From positions 12,758-76,757 of the forward strand of contig CALFFK010000088.1 in the NCBI GenBank assembly GCA_937957975.1: 64,000 nucleotides of DNA, read 5' to 3'. Position 1 is the stretch's first letter. Each line of letters opens with the position of its first letter. A program made the position numbers and the translations under genes. The notes below the pieces were generated by a model, which saw only the letters and a list, made by a program, of their open reading frames with translations, had not been told where the DNA came from and did not search any database. This stretch comes from an uncultured Neomegalonema sp. GTDB taxonomy: Bacteria > Pseudomonadota > Alphaproteobacteria > Rhodobacterales > Rhodobacteraceae. Positions 18,517 to 28,515 of the stretch are shown piece after piece.

Positions 18517-18574
18517 AGCTACCCAATACGAAAAACGGCCAGCGAAAGCTGGCCGTTTTTCGTATTGGGTAGCT
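18517..18574. terminator. Perfect 27-bp hairpin (GAAA loop), bidirectional terminator between tRNA-fMet and dnaE
   Basis: agctacccaatacgaaaaacggccagc, a gaaa loop, then gctggccgtttttcgtattgggtagct. The GC core ggccagc/gctggcc is flanked by A5 and T5. Confidence 0.75.
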
Positions 18575-18591
18575 GATGCTGTTGCGTAGCG

Positions 18592-21500
18592 TCAGACCTG
18601 CTCCACCATCGAAATTCCCGCTGCGTCTTTCAACGCTGCCTGCACTTTTGAGGACAGGTCATACTCACCGGGCAGCGTGAACTCGACCTCGCAATCCTCT
18701 TCCGGCAACAGCATCACGACCTTGATCGGGCCGGAGCCACGCCGTCTGTCACTGCGGGCGAGTCGTTTCTTCATCGCCTCAAAGGCTCCCGGCTCGGAGA
18801 TGTGCACTTTGAGACCCATTGCTGAAGCATCCGCCACGGCATCAACGACCGGCTGCACACCGAGTAAGCGCAAACGCGTTTGCTCACCCTCTTTGCTTGC
18901 TTCTATCGTCAACGCCAATGCCGCCCCGACTTCCAGATGGTCGCGTGTTGCGGTCAGGACTTCAGAGAAAGCCGAGACTTCATAAAGACCCGTGGGATCG
19001 GAAAACTGAATGAAGGCAAAGCGGTTGCCCCGTGCTGATTTGCGTTCCTGCTTGCCCAGCACCGTCCCTGCCATCCGCACGGCCAGCGGTTTGGTTCCAA
19101 CCATCCGTTCCAGTCGGGACAATGTTACAAATTTCTTTCGTTCCAACGCCGCCATATGTTCATCCAACGGGTGCCCGGACAGATAGAACCCCACTGCCGC
19201 ATGTTCCTGTGTCAGCCGGTCGATGGTCGGCCAATCGGCAGAAACCGACAGGCGCGGCGGCGGCACGGCGTCAGGATCTCCACCAAATAATGATACCTGC
19301 GTACTGTCACGATCTGCCGCCTGCGCCTGTGCATAGGAGAGCAAGGTATCGACCGACAGGAACAGGCGCTGACGATTTGGCTCCATGGAGTCGAACGCGC
19401 CTGCCTTGATAAGGTTTTCAAGGGCGCGTTTGTTGATCTGACGCGGATCGACGCGAGCCATCACGTCGAACACGTCACGGAATTCCCCATTCGCCTCGCG
19501 CTCACGCACGATGGACGCCATCGCTTCGATGCCAACATTTTTGAGAGCGCCTAGGCCGTAGCGGATCGCAAGGCTGTCCCCTGCTTCCTCCACCGTGAAC
19601 CGCGCGCCGGAACGATTGATGTCGGGCGGTAATATCGCAAAATTACTGCGCTCGACCTCTTGCTTATAGACGGCCAGCTTATCGGTGATTTGAATATCAA
19701 GATTCATAACCGAAGCCATGAACTCCACGGGGTAATTCGCTTTCAGCCAGCCGGTTTGATAGCTGACGAGGCCATAGGCTGCGGCGTGGGATTTATTGAA
19801 GCCGTAATTGGCGAATTTATCGAGCAGGTTCCAGACTTCGATGGCCTTGTCCTTGCCAACGCCATTTTCTTTTGCGCCCTCCAGAAACTTGGGGCGTTCG
19901 GCGTCCATCGCCTCCTGAATTTTCTTGCCCATGGCGCGCCGTAAAAGGTCAGCGCCACCAAGCGAGTACCCGGCCATCTTCCGGGCGATCTCCATCACCT
20001 GTTCCTGATAGACGATGATGCCTTGTGTCTCGTCAAGAATACTGTCGATCAGCGGATGCAGTGCGTCACGCTTTTCGCGACCATTCTTGACATTACAATA
20101 TTTTGGGATGTTCTCCATCGGCCCAGGACGATAGAGCGCGACAAGGGCGATAATATCCTCGATGCAGGTCGGCTTGAGCTGGCGCAAGGCGTCGCGCATC
20201 CCGGAGCTTTCCACCTGGAACACACCCACAGTATCGGCGCGGGAATAGAGATCGTAGGTCTTTGTATCGTCCAGTGGGATGCGGGGCAGGTCGATTTCCG
20301 TACCACGCGATTTAAGAATATCGAGCGCCCCCTGAATAACGGTGAGGGTTTTCAGGCCGAGAAAATCGAATTTCACGAGACCTGCGTTTTCGACCCATTT
20401 CATATTGAATTGCGTGACCGGCATATCGGATCGCGGGTCACGGTAGAGGGGGACCAGCTCGTCAAGGGGGCGGTCGCCGATCACCACCCCCGCCGCATGG
20501 GTGGATGCGTTACGCAGAAGGCCTTCGATCTGAGTGCCGATATTCATCAGCGTGCCAACCGCTTCCTCGCGATCCATTTCTTCTTTCAGCCGTGGTTCCT
20601 GCTCGATGGATTTCGCAATAGAGACAGGCTTGACGCCTTCCATTGGGATCATCTTGGCCAGACGGTCCACCTGACCATAAGGTAATTGCAGAACGCGGCC
20701 TACATCCCGGATGGTGGCCTTGGATTGCAACGTACCGAAAGTAATGATCTGGGCAACACGATCCTTGCCGTATTTTTTCTGAACGTAGGTGATGACTTCT
20801 TCACGGCGGTCCTGACAGAAATCGATGTCAAAATCGGGCATCGAGACACGTTCGGGGTTCAGAAACCGCTCAAACAGCAACCCATAGCGCAAGGGGTCAA
20901 GGTCAGTAATGGTGAGCGCCCATGCCACAACCGACCCCGCACCAGAGCCACGACCGGGGCCGACGGGGATGTTCTGCTCCTTTGCCCATTTGATGAAATC
21001 GGCCACAATGAGAAAATAACCGGGAAAGCCCATGCCTTCGATCACGCCCAACTCATAATCCAGACGTTTGTCATAGATTTCGCGTTCGGCAGCGGGTGGT
21101 TCGGCGTTGAGGCGAGCATCGAGGCCTGCTTTTGATTGCCGCCGCAATTCCTCGATCTCGTCATCCGCAAAGCGTGGCAGGATTGGATCACGCATACGGG
21201 GACGGTAGGCACAGCGTTGCGCGATCTCTACCGTTGCTTCAATGGCTTCGGGCAGATCAGCGAACAGCGCGGCCATCTCACCGGCGGATTTGAAGTAATG
21301 TTCAGGGGTCAGCTTACGGCGGTCGGTTTCTGAAATGTAACGGCCCTCAGCGATGCAGATGAGGGCGTCATGCGCCTGATGCATCGTGCGTTTCGGGAAA
21401 TAAACATCGTTGGTTGCCACGATGGGAACGCCCGCACCGTAGGCCCAGTCGAGAAATACTGGCTCCGTCTCGCCTTCTGTGGGGAGCAGGAGCGTCTCGC

Positions 21501-22038
21501 CGGAACCATGCCGCTGTAATTCCACATACAGACGGTCCGGGAATGTCCTGTTCAACCAATCCAGATGCGCCCGCGCCTCTGTAATTCGGTTCCCCCGTAC
21601 CAGCATCCCCGCAGGGCCGTTTGGCCCCCCGGTCAAACAGATCAGCCCTTCATTGCGCGCCGTCAGCGCTTCGGTCGTAACATGCACGGCCTCGCCTGCA
21701 TCCGTGTCGAGATATGCCGCCGACACGAGTGCCATGAGGTTCATATACCCCGCCTCGTCCTGCGCCAGCAGCGTCAGTTTGGCGGGGGGCGGGGGTTTGG
21801 TATGGGCGGATTCTGCCATCCCATAGGCCAGCGATAGCTGAACCCCGATGATCGGCTGTATCCCGGCCTTTGCCATTCCTTCTGAAAATTCCAGCGCCCC
21901 GAACATATTGTCGGTATCGGTGATCGCCAGTGCGGGCATCCCTGCCTCCGCACACATCCCCGGCAACGCTTTGATTCCGTTCGCTCCTTCGAGCACGGAA
22001 TAGGCGGAATGGAGGGTCAGGTGGATGAATTGGGACAT
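18592..22038 (-). CDS. dnaE: DNA polymerase III alpha subunit DnaE
   Basis: 1148 aa. It has a PHP-domain N-terminus 'FIHLTLHSAYSVLEGA', the polymerase core 'PDFDIDFC' and an OB-fold C-terminus. Confidence 0.97.
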   Translation of the reverse strand: MSQFIHLTLHSAYSVLEGANGIKALPGMCAEAGMPALAITDTDNMFGALEFSEGMAKAGIQPIIGVQLSLAYGMAESAHTKPPPPAKLTLLAQDEAGYMNLMALVSAAYLDTDAGEAVHVTTEALTARNEGLICLTGGPNGPAGMLVRGNRITEARAHLDWLNRTFPDRLYVELQRHGSGETLLLPTEGETEPVFLDWAYGAGVPIVATNDVYFPKRTMHQAHDALICIAEGRYISETDRRKLTPEHYFKSAGEMAALFADLPEAIEATVEIAQRCAYRPRMRDPILPRFADDEIEELRRQSKAGLDARLNAEPPAAEREIYDKRLDYELGVIEGMGFPGYFLIVADFIKWAKEQNIPVGPGRGSGAGSVVAWALTITDLDPLRYGLLFERFLNPERVSMPDFDIDFCQDRREEVITYVQKKYGKDRVAQIITFGTLQSKATIRDVGRVLQLPYGQVDRLAKMIPMEGVKPVSIAKSIEQEPRLKEEMDREEAVGTLMNIGTQIEGLLRNASTHAAGVVIGDRPLDELVPLYRDPRSDMPVTQFNMKWVENAGLVKFDFLGLKTLTVIQGALDILKSRGTEIDLPRIPLDDTKTYDLYSRADTVGVFQVESSGMRDALRQLKPTCIEDIIALVALYRPGPMENIPKYCNVKNGREKRDALHPLIDSILDETQGIIVYQEQVMEIARKMAGYSLGGADLLRRAMGKKIQEAMDAERPKFLEGAKENGVGKDKAIEVWNLLDKFANYGFNKSHAAAYGLVSYQTGWLKANYPVEFMASVMNLDIQITDKLAVYKQEVERSNFAILPPDINRSGARFTVEEAGDSLAIRYGLGALKNVGIEAMASIVREREANGEFRDVFDVMARVDPRQINKRALENLIKAGAFDSMEPNRQRLFLSVDTLLSYAQAQAADRDSTQVSLFGGDPDAVPPPRLSVSADWPTIDRLTQEHAAVGFYLSGHPLDEHMAALERKKFVTLSRLERMVGTKPLAVRMAGTVLGKQERKSARGNRFAFIQFSDPTGLYEVSAFSEVLTATRDHLEVGAALALTIEASKEGEQTRLRLLGVQPVVDAVADASAMGLKVHISEPGAFEAMKKRLARSDRRRGSGPIKVVMLLPEEDCEVEFTLPGEYDLSSKVQAALKDAAGISMVEQV

Positions 22039-22103
22039 GGGGACGACTCCGACTCAAGATCGGATCGACCATACCGTCTTGGCCATCAACAGGGGCGAAA
22101 ATC

Positions 22104-22709
22104 CTACGCCCGGTTCACCGGATTTCCGATTACGGTCATAAATTCCTGTCTCGTGCGGGGGTCTTTGCGGAAGAGGCCGAGCATCTGACTCGTGACCATG
22201 CTGACGCCGTGTTTATGGACGCCACGCGTGGTCATACATTGGTGTTCGGCTTCCAGTACCACCGCCACTCCGCGCGGTTCCAGAACCGAGACGATGGCTT
22301 GTGCGACCTGTGCGGTCATTTTTTCCTGTACCTGCATTCGCTTGGCATAGCCTTCGACCACCCGCGCAAGCTTGGAAATGCCGACGACACGGCCCGCTGG
22401 AATATAACCCACATGGGCTTTGCCAATGATCGGGCACATATGATGTTCGCAATAGGACTCGAAGCGAATATCACGCAAGACGACCATCTCGTCATACCCC
22501 TCGACCTCCTCGAAGGTTCGTTCCAGATAGGCGTGGGGATCGCTTTCATAGCCAACGAACCATTCACGATAGGCCCGCGCCACGCGCGCTGGGGTGTCGA
22601 GCAATCCTTCACGCGTAGGGTCGTCTCCGGCCCATTCGATCAGTGTGCGAACAGCAGCTTCTGCTTCCGCCTGTGTTGGTCGTTTATTGCTCACGTCACT
22701 GTCCTTCAC
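22104..22709 (-). CDS. folE: GTP cyclohydrolase I FolE
   Basis: Motifs 'CEHHMCP' and '[10 protein letters not shown]'. Length is 201 aa and the start is GTG. Confidence 0.93.
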   Translation of the reverse strand: MKDSDVSNKRPTQAEAEAAVRTLIEWAGDDPTREGLLDTPARVARAYREWFVGYESDPHAYLERTFEEVEGYDEMVVLRDIRFESYCEHHMCPIIGKAHVGYIPAGRVVGISKLARVVEGYAKRMQVQEKMTAQVAQAIVSVLEPRGVAVVLEAEHQCMTTRGVHKHGVSMVTSQMLGLFRKDPRTRQEFMTVIGNPVNRA

Positions 22710-22856
22710 AGTCGTATCCCTGAATACCTATAGAACGATGGCTACCGGCTGACGAGAAAGAAGCGGGTGTGCAAAACGACATATGGCCGTCGCAAACAGT
22801 CTTGCGCCATGCCCATGGGTATGCGGCACTCGGATCGCACCGAGGAAGGGAACACC

Positions 22857-24425
22857 ATGGCTGCCGAAATCATCGAAGAAAACACGCCAAAACGTCGCCG
22901 GGGTGGAGGACGTGCCGGGAATGCCCGTGGCAAGGGTCCAGTCATTACGCAAAGTCCCTGGATCGCGAATACCTATCACGATGCACCCGTTGAACCATTA
23001 TCGCAGGACAGCGTTCACGCAGTCCATGAGGGCGCAATGCGGGTGCTTGAAGAGATTGGCATCCAGTTCCTGCATCCCAAAGCTGTCGAAATCCTCGTGC
23101 GTGAAGGCTGCACGGTGCTTGAGGACGGAGTCACGATCCTGATGGGCCGTGATTTCGTGATGGAGAAAATTGCGCTTGCTCCCTCGCAATTCGACATCAC
23201 ACCGCGCAACCCGGAACGTCAGATCACTGTTGGCGGGCGACATATGGTGTTCGGGCAGGTTGGCTCACCGCCAAACTATTCCAATCTCGATGAGGGGCGA
23301 CAGACAGGCCACCGGCGCGCCTTTCGTGATCTCATCAAGCTGACGCAATATTTCAATTGTCTGCATTTCGTTTCCGGCTATCCGGTCGAACCGATAGATA
23401 TTCATGCTTCTGTGCGGCATCTGGATGCGATGCACGACAAACTGGTCCTGACTGACAAGGTGGTCCATGCTTATTCGCTGGGAACCGAGCGGATCGAAGA
23501 TAATATCGAGATGGTGCGGCTGGCCGGGGGCCACAGCCATGAAGAATTTGAAGCCAGCGCCCGGATGTTCACCAATATCAACTCGACCTCGCCGCTAAAG
23601 CATGACTGGCCGATGCTCGACGGGGCAATGCGGATGGCCGAGCGGAACCAGCCCACAGTCGTCTCACCGTTCACACTATCGGGGGCAATGGCACCCGTCA
23701 CACTGGCTGGCGCGGTGGCGCAACAGACGGCGGAAGGGCTGGCCGCGATTGCCTTGCTGCAATGTGTGCGGCCTGGCTCTCCGGTAGTATACGGCTCGTT
23801 TACGTCGAATGTGGATATGCGGACAGGCTCGCCCGCTTTCGGAACGCCTGAATATATGCGCGCAACACAGATGTCGGGTCAGATGGCGCGTTTCTACGAT
23901 TTGCCGTTACGAGCTTCAAATACCTGTGCCGCGAATTGCCCGGACTCTCAGGCGGCATGGGAGAGTGCGTTTTCGCTGTGGGGGGTCGTCACCGGGCAAA
24001 CAAATATGGTCTATCACGGTGCTGGATGGCTGGAGGGCGGACTGTGCGCGTCCTACGAGAAATTCATCATCGATTGCGAGTTGTTGCAGCAGATGCAGCA
24101 CTATGTACGGCCAGTGCCGATTACCGAAGACGATATTGCCGTTGAAGCAATTCGCGACGTTGGTGCGGGGGGGCATTTCTTCGGAACGCTCCATACGCAG
24201 GAACGATACGAAACGGCGTTCTATCAGCCGTTCCTGTCTGATTGGTCAAACTTCGAAAACTGGGAGGATCGGGGATCGCTGTCCGCCGAGCAGCGGGCCA
24301 ATGTGCTGTGGAAAGCCATTCTTGAAGAATTCGAGCCACCCGCCATGGATGCCGATGCCCGTGCCGCCCTGGACGAATTCGTGGAGCGTCGAAAGCAGGA
24401 GGGGGGCGCGCCAACGGATTTCTGA
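22857..24425 (+). CDS. MttB-family (trimethylamine methyltransferase superfamily) protein, non-pyrrolysine type
   Basis: ~520 aa from ATG 22857, with an SD (ggaaggg) upstream. It has MttB-like TIM-barrel sequence character and no in-frame UAG. Confidence 0.8.
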   Translation: MAAEIIEENTPKRRRGGGRAGNARGKGPVITQSPWIANTYHDAPVEPLSQDSVHAVHEGAMRVLEEIGIQFLHPKAVEILVREGCTVLEDGVTILMGRDFVMEKIALAPSQFDITPRNPERQITVGGRHMVFGQVGSPPNYSNLDEGRQTGHRRAFRDLIKLTQYFNCLHFVSGYPVEPIDIHASVRHLDAMHDKLVLTDKVVHAYSLGTERIEDNIEMVRLAGGHSHEEFEASARMFTNINSTSPLKHDWPMLDGAMRMAERNQPTVVSPFTLSGAMAPVTLAGAVAQQTAEGLAAIALLQCVRPGSPVVYGSFTSNVDMRTGSPAFGTPEYMRATQMSGQMARFYDLPLRASNTCAANCPDSQAAWESAFSLWGVVTGQTNMVYHGAGWLEGGLCASYEKFIIDCELLQQMQHYVRPVPITEDDIAVEAIRDVGAGGHFFGTLHTQERYETAFYQPFLSDWSNFENWEDRGSLSAEQRANVLWKAILEEFEPPAMDADARAALDEFVERRKQEGGAPTDF

Positions 24426-24447
24426 CCGCCCCCCATTATCGATGGGC

Positions 24448-25434
24448 TTACTTCAACGCCTCATCCGTAATCATTGCAGTCCAGGCCCCTTCAGGGGCTT
24501 TGGTGATAACAGGGTCGGAATCGGCGGACATCAGTGAAATCACCGTGCGAGCGTAGTCCCTGAAATCCAGCGCACCGTTAGAACCGGCGGTCAGTTTCGC
24601 GATCTCGCCCATCATGCGCTTTTGGTGCTTTTCGGTCTGGGCGCCGGAGGCATCGTTGTCGAGCACGATTTCTGCGGCCTCATCCGGGTTTTCTTCCGCG
24701 TATTTCCAGCCTTTCATGCTGGCGCGAACAAAGCGGACCATCTTGTCACGGAAGGCTTCGTCCTTGAGGTTATCCTCCAGCACATAGATGCCGTCTTCCA
24801 GCGTCGAGACGCCCTCGTCTTCGTATTTGAACACGACGAGATCATCCTCGGACAATCCGGCATCAATCACTTGCCAATATTCGTTATAGGTCATGGTCGA
24901 GACGCAATCGGCCTGTTTCTGCAACAGCGGATCGACGTTGAAGCCCTGCTTGAGAACTGTCACACCGTCGTCGCCGCCCTCGGTTGGAATACCGAGTTGA
25001 CTCATCCAGTTCAGGAACGGGTATTCATTGCCGAAGAACCAGACGCCCAGCGTCTTGCCCCGAAAATCTTCCGGCGAGGTAATGCCAGTTTCCTTGCGGC
25101 AGGTCAGCATCATGCCCGACGATTTGAACGGTTGCGCGATATTGACCAATGGCACACCCTTTTCGCGTGAGGCCAGCGCCGATGGCATCCAGTCGAGCAC
25201 CACATCAGCCCCACCACCCGCAATCACCTGCGCCGGGGCAATATCTGGCCCACCGGGTTTGATCTCAACATCGAGGTCTTCTTCCTTGTAGAAGCCCTTG
25301 TCAGCGGCAACGTAATAGCCCGCGAATTGCGCTTGCGTTACCCATTTCAGTTGCAGCGTTACCTTGTCCGCTGCTTGCGCCGCAAAGCCGGTTGCGGCAA
25401 GCGCAGCGGCCAGTGCGATGGTTCCGAGTTTCAT
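24448..25434 (-). CDS. ABC transporter periplasmic substrate-binding protein (NMT1/THI5-like family)
   Basis: Signal peptide 'MKLGTIALAAALAATGFAAQA' and 'LQLKWVTQAQFAGYYVA'. It is the last gene of a co-directional ABC operon. Confidence 0.85.
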   Translation of the reverse strand: MKLGTIALAAALAATGFAAQAADKVTLQLKWVTQAQFAGYYVAADKGFYKEEDLDVEIKPGGPDIAPAQVIAGGGADVVLDWMPSALASREKGVPLVNIAQPFKSSGMMLTCRKETGITSPEDFRGKTLGVWFFGNEYPFLNWMSQLGIPTEGGDDGVTVLKQGFNVDPLLQKQADCVSTMTYNEYWQVIDAGLSEDDLVVFKYEDEGVSTLEDGIYVLEDNLKDEAFRDKMVRFVRASMKGWKYAEENPDEAAEIVLDNDASGAQTEKHQKRMMGEIAKLTAGSNGALDFRDYARTVISLMSADSDPVITKAPEGAWTAMITDEALK

Positions 25435-25517
25435 AATTGTCTCCCCAATCAGTTGATCGAATCATTGAACACCTAACGCGATAGCGTCGCCAGAGTTTTT
25501 CGTGATCCCGCATTGGC

Positions 25518-25874
25518 TCATGCAGGAACCGAACAGATGACGTAATGCTTCCGCACATACTTCCCGACATGCCAGACGGGTTGCAGACCATTATCCATCA
25601 CAAAGGAATCGCCCGCTTTGACGGTATAGGTTTCGCCGCCCGGTATCTCGATGGTCGCCTCGCCTTCAACGATATGACAAAACTCGATCTGGTTGTTCAT
25701 TGGTCCGCGAAAAACCCCGGCAGCGCAATCCCACATGCCGGATTTGAAAGTCTCGTTCGCCCCGACGAAATGGCTCCAGACATGCTGATCGGGCGATCCT
25801 TCGATGATGTCTTCGTCGGCGACATCTCTCTTGATAGGGTCGGTAGTTTGATCGGCGAATTTGATGAAGCGCAT
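25518..25874 (-). CDS. Cupin-fold protein (DUF861/cupin_3-like)
   Basis: The segment 'EFCHIVEGEATIEIPGGETYTVKAGDSFVMDNG' supports the fold. The start is set at Met 25874; the ORF-track N-terminal extension overlaps the permease gene. Confidence 0.7.
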   Translation of the reverse strand: MRFIKFADQTTDPIKRDVADEDIIEGSPDQHVWSHFVGANETFKSGMWDCAAGVFRGPMNNQIEFCHIVEGEATIEIPGGETYTVKAGDSFVMDNGLQPVWHVGKYVRKHYVICSVPA

Positions 25875-25897
25875 GGGATTGTCCTTGTTTTGGATAT

Positions 25898-26746
25898 TCA
25901 GGATCGCATCGACGGATGCCAGAATGTCACTGCCCGTTCGATGAGGCTCACTATTCCGTAAAACACGGACCCGGCCAGTGCCGCCACGGCGATCTCTGCC
26001 CAGACCATATCGATATTCATGCGGCCTACTTCGGTCGAGATGCGAAAACCCATCCCGACCGTAGGGGTTCCGAAGAACTCTGCCACGATGGCCCCGATCA
26101 GGGCGAGGGTAGAGCATATCTTCAGGCCATTGAAGATGAAGGGCATGGCGGCAGGCAGGCGCAGCTTTGCGAGGCCTTGCCAGTAGCTGCCTGCGTATGT
26201 GTGCATCAGGTCGCGCTGCATAACCTCACTGGCTCTCAGCCCCTCGACCGTGTTCACGAGCATTGGGAAAAAGCACATTACCACGACTACGGCGGCCTTT
26301 GAGTGCCAGTCAAAGCCGAACCACATTACCATGATGGGCGCAATGCCGATGATCGGCAGGGCTGCGACGAAATTACCGACCGGGACCAACCCTTTTTGTA
26401 GAAACGGCGAGCGGTCGATGGCCAGCGCCGTGATGAAGGCCGCTCCGCAGCCCATGATGTAACCCGCCAGCGCGGATTTCAGAAAGGTTTGCACGAAATC
26501 TGCGCGTAGAATATCGAGCGAGCCAGTCAGTTTCACCCAGATCATGCTCGGCGGCGGTAACAGGATCGGCGGAATATCTGCCCCCCGCGCGATTCCTTCC
26601 CAAAGCACGAGCAGCGTCACGCCGAATAAAGTCGGTACGAAGAACTTCACTATGCGTGATTCAGGGTAACGATTGGAAAGCCACACATTTAACGCCCATG
26701 CCGCGAGCCAGAAGACGATCACACCGATGATGAGGAACCAGTTCAT
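25898..26746 (-). CDS. ABC transporter permease
   Basis: Polytopic, with an EAA-like loop region. ATG 26746 overlaps the upstream permease stop (ATGA). Confidence 0.85.
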   Translation of the reverse strand: MNWFLIIGVIVFWLAAWALNVWLSNRYPESRIVKFFVPTLFGVTLLVLWEGIARGADIPPILLPPPSMIWVKLTGSLDILRADFVQTFLKSALAGYIMGCGAAFITALAIDRSPFLQKGLVPVGNFVAALPIIGIAPIMVMWFGFDWHSKAAVVVVMCFFPMLVNTVEGLRASEVMQRDLMHTYAGSYWQGLAKLRLPAAMPFIFNGLKICSTLALIGAIVAEFFGTPTVGMGFRISTEVGRMNIDMVWAEIAVAALAGSVFYGIVSLIERAVTFWHPSMRS

Positions 26747-27657
26747 CGCGCAAACCCCATCCGCCGCTCCACGATCCGCCCTGCCAGCCCGACGATGGCC
26801 ACCAGCGACGCGGCGAGGATGGCGGCGGCGATCAGGGCGCTCCATATCTGGATCGTCTGGCCGTAATAACTGCCTGCCAGCAACCGCGCGCCGAGGCCTG
26901 CGACGGCCCCCGTCGGTAACTCACCTACGATGGCCCCAACAAGGCTGGCCGCGACGGCGACTTTCATCGAGGCAAAGAGATAGGGCATCGAGGCGGGCAG
27001 GCGCATCTTCCAGAACGACTGGTTTGCGCTGGCGTTATAGGTTCGCATCAGATCGGTTTGCAGCGCATCAGGCGAGCGCAACCCCTTCACCATCCCGACG
27101 ACGATGGGAAAAAACGCCAGATAGGTCGAGATGAATGCTTTTGGCAGCAACCCGCTGATCCCCACCGCATTCAGCACGACAATAATCATGGGCGCGATGG
27201 CGAGAATGGGTATGGTCTGGCTGGCGATGACCCAGGGCATCACGCTCATGTCCATCGCCCGGTTGTAGACGATGCCGATGGCCAGCGTCATGCCGAGGAT
27301 CGTGCCGAACAGAAAGCCGAGCAGGGTCGCCGACAGCGTGATCCACCCGTGATAGACGAGGCTGCGTTTCGAGGTGATCTTCTTCTCGACGGTGGTGTTC
27401 CATAACTCGACCGCGACCTGATGCGGTGCGGGCAGGACGGGCCGTTCCTGCGCCATGGTGTTGGCGAGGGCGTCGGTGAGGACGAATTCCGCGCCTGCCC
27501 GTTCCGCCTGATCCCGCTCCCATTGCAGGTTCATCATGGCAGCGGCGACGTACCAGATCAGAAAGATCGCCGCGACGACCGTGAGGACGGGCAGGGCGGC
27601 CCCCTTTGCGCGGGTGAACATGCCGAGGCGCTTGGTCATGCCAAGCACCGCTTGCAT
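26743..27657 (-). CDS. ABC transporter permease
   Basis: Polytopic and a paralog of the downstream permease. Confidence 0.85.
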   Translation of the reverse strand: MQAVLGMTKRLGMFTRAKGAALPVLTVVAAIFLIWYVAAAMMNLQWERDQAERAGAEFVLTDALANTMAQERPVLPAPHQVAVELWNTTVEKKITSKRSLVYHGWITLSATLLGFLFGTILGMTLAIGIVYNRAMDMSVMPWVIASQTIPILAIAPMIIVVLNAVGISGLLPKAFISTYLAFFPIVVGMVKGLRSPDALQTDLMRTYNASANQSFWKMRLPASMPYLFASMKVAVAASLVGAIVGELPTGAVAGLGARLLAGSYYGQTIQIWSALIAAAILAASLVAIVGLAGRIVERRMGFAR

Positions 27658-27735
27658 TCCGGAGTATCATTCCCGCAAAAGTGGAAATCTGACGTCGTTG
27701 TACGAAATTCCTGCTTTCGAGGGAATGGCATGCGG
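27655..27735. repeat. Degenerate second copy of the REP/MITE-like palindromic element, intra-operonic
   Basis: tcattcccgcaaaagtggaaatctg (27667-27691) is 23/25 identical to 16972-16996. Further attcc/ggaat arms lie at 27707-27726. It fills the 84-nt gap between the ATPase and permease genes. Confidence 0.5.
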
Positions 27736-27741
27736 ATTTGT

Positions 27742-28515
27742 TCACTCATACCCATGCCCCGCCCGCAGCCCTTCGCGCACGCGATGGGCGATCTCCAGAA
27801 ATTCCGGGCTTTCGCGAATATCGAGCGGGCGTTCACGGGGCAGGGTGCTTTCGATCACATCTGTCACGCGACCGGGGCGGGGCGACATGACGACGATTCT
27901 GGTGGAAAGATACACAGCCTCCGGGATTGAGTGTGTAACGAAGCAGATTGTCTTCTCCGTTCGCGCCCACAACTCCAGCAATTGCTCGTTCAGGTGATCG
28001 CGCACAATCTCGTCCAGTGCGCCGAACGGCTCATCCATCAACAGCAGGTCCGCATCGAAAGCCAATGCCCGCGCGATGGAGGCGCGTTGTTGCATCCCAC
28101 CGGAGAGTTGCCAGGGAAACTTGCCACCAAAGCCCTTCAGATCGACCAGCTCCAACACCCGTTCGATCCGCTCCTTACGTTCGCGCCGGGGCATTCCGAT
28201 GATTTCCAGCGGTAACGCGATGTTCCGCGCGATACTACGCCACGGATAAAGTCCCGCCGCCTGAAATACATAGCCATAGGCGCGGTTTAACCGGGCCTGT
28301 TCGGGTGATACCCCGTTGACGGTGATCGTGCCGTCTGTCGGTTTCTCCAAATCAGCGATCACGCGCAGGAAGGTTGTTTTTCCGCAGCCAGAGGGGCCGA
28401 TAAAGCTGACAAATTCGCCCTTGTCGATGGTCAGGTCTACATCCTTGAGGGCATGGACCGGCCCGTCATTCGTCTGAAAGGTCAGCGAAAGGTTTTGTGC
28501 AGAAACGACGCTCAT
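27742..28515 (-). CDS. ABC transporter ATP-binding protein
   Basis: Walker A 'GPSGCGKTT', signature 'LSGGMQQR' and Walker B 'LLLMDEPF'. Confidence 0.92.
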   Translation of the reverse strand: MSVVSAQNLSLTFQTNDGPVHALKDVDLTIDKGEFVSFIGPSGCGKTTFLRVIADLEKPTDGTITVNGVSPEQARLNRAYGYVFQAAGLYPWRSIARNIALPLEIIGMPRRERKERIERVLELVDLKGFGGKFPWQLSGGMQQRASIARALAFDADLLLMDEPFGALDEIVRDHLNEQLLELWARTEKTICFVTHSIPEAVYLSTRIVVMSPRPGRVTDVIESTLPRERPLDIRESPEFLEIAHRVREGLRAGHGYE

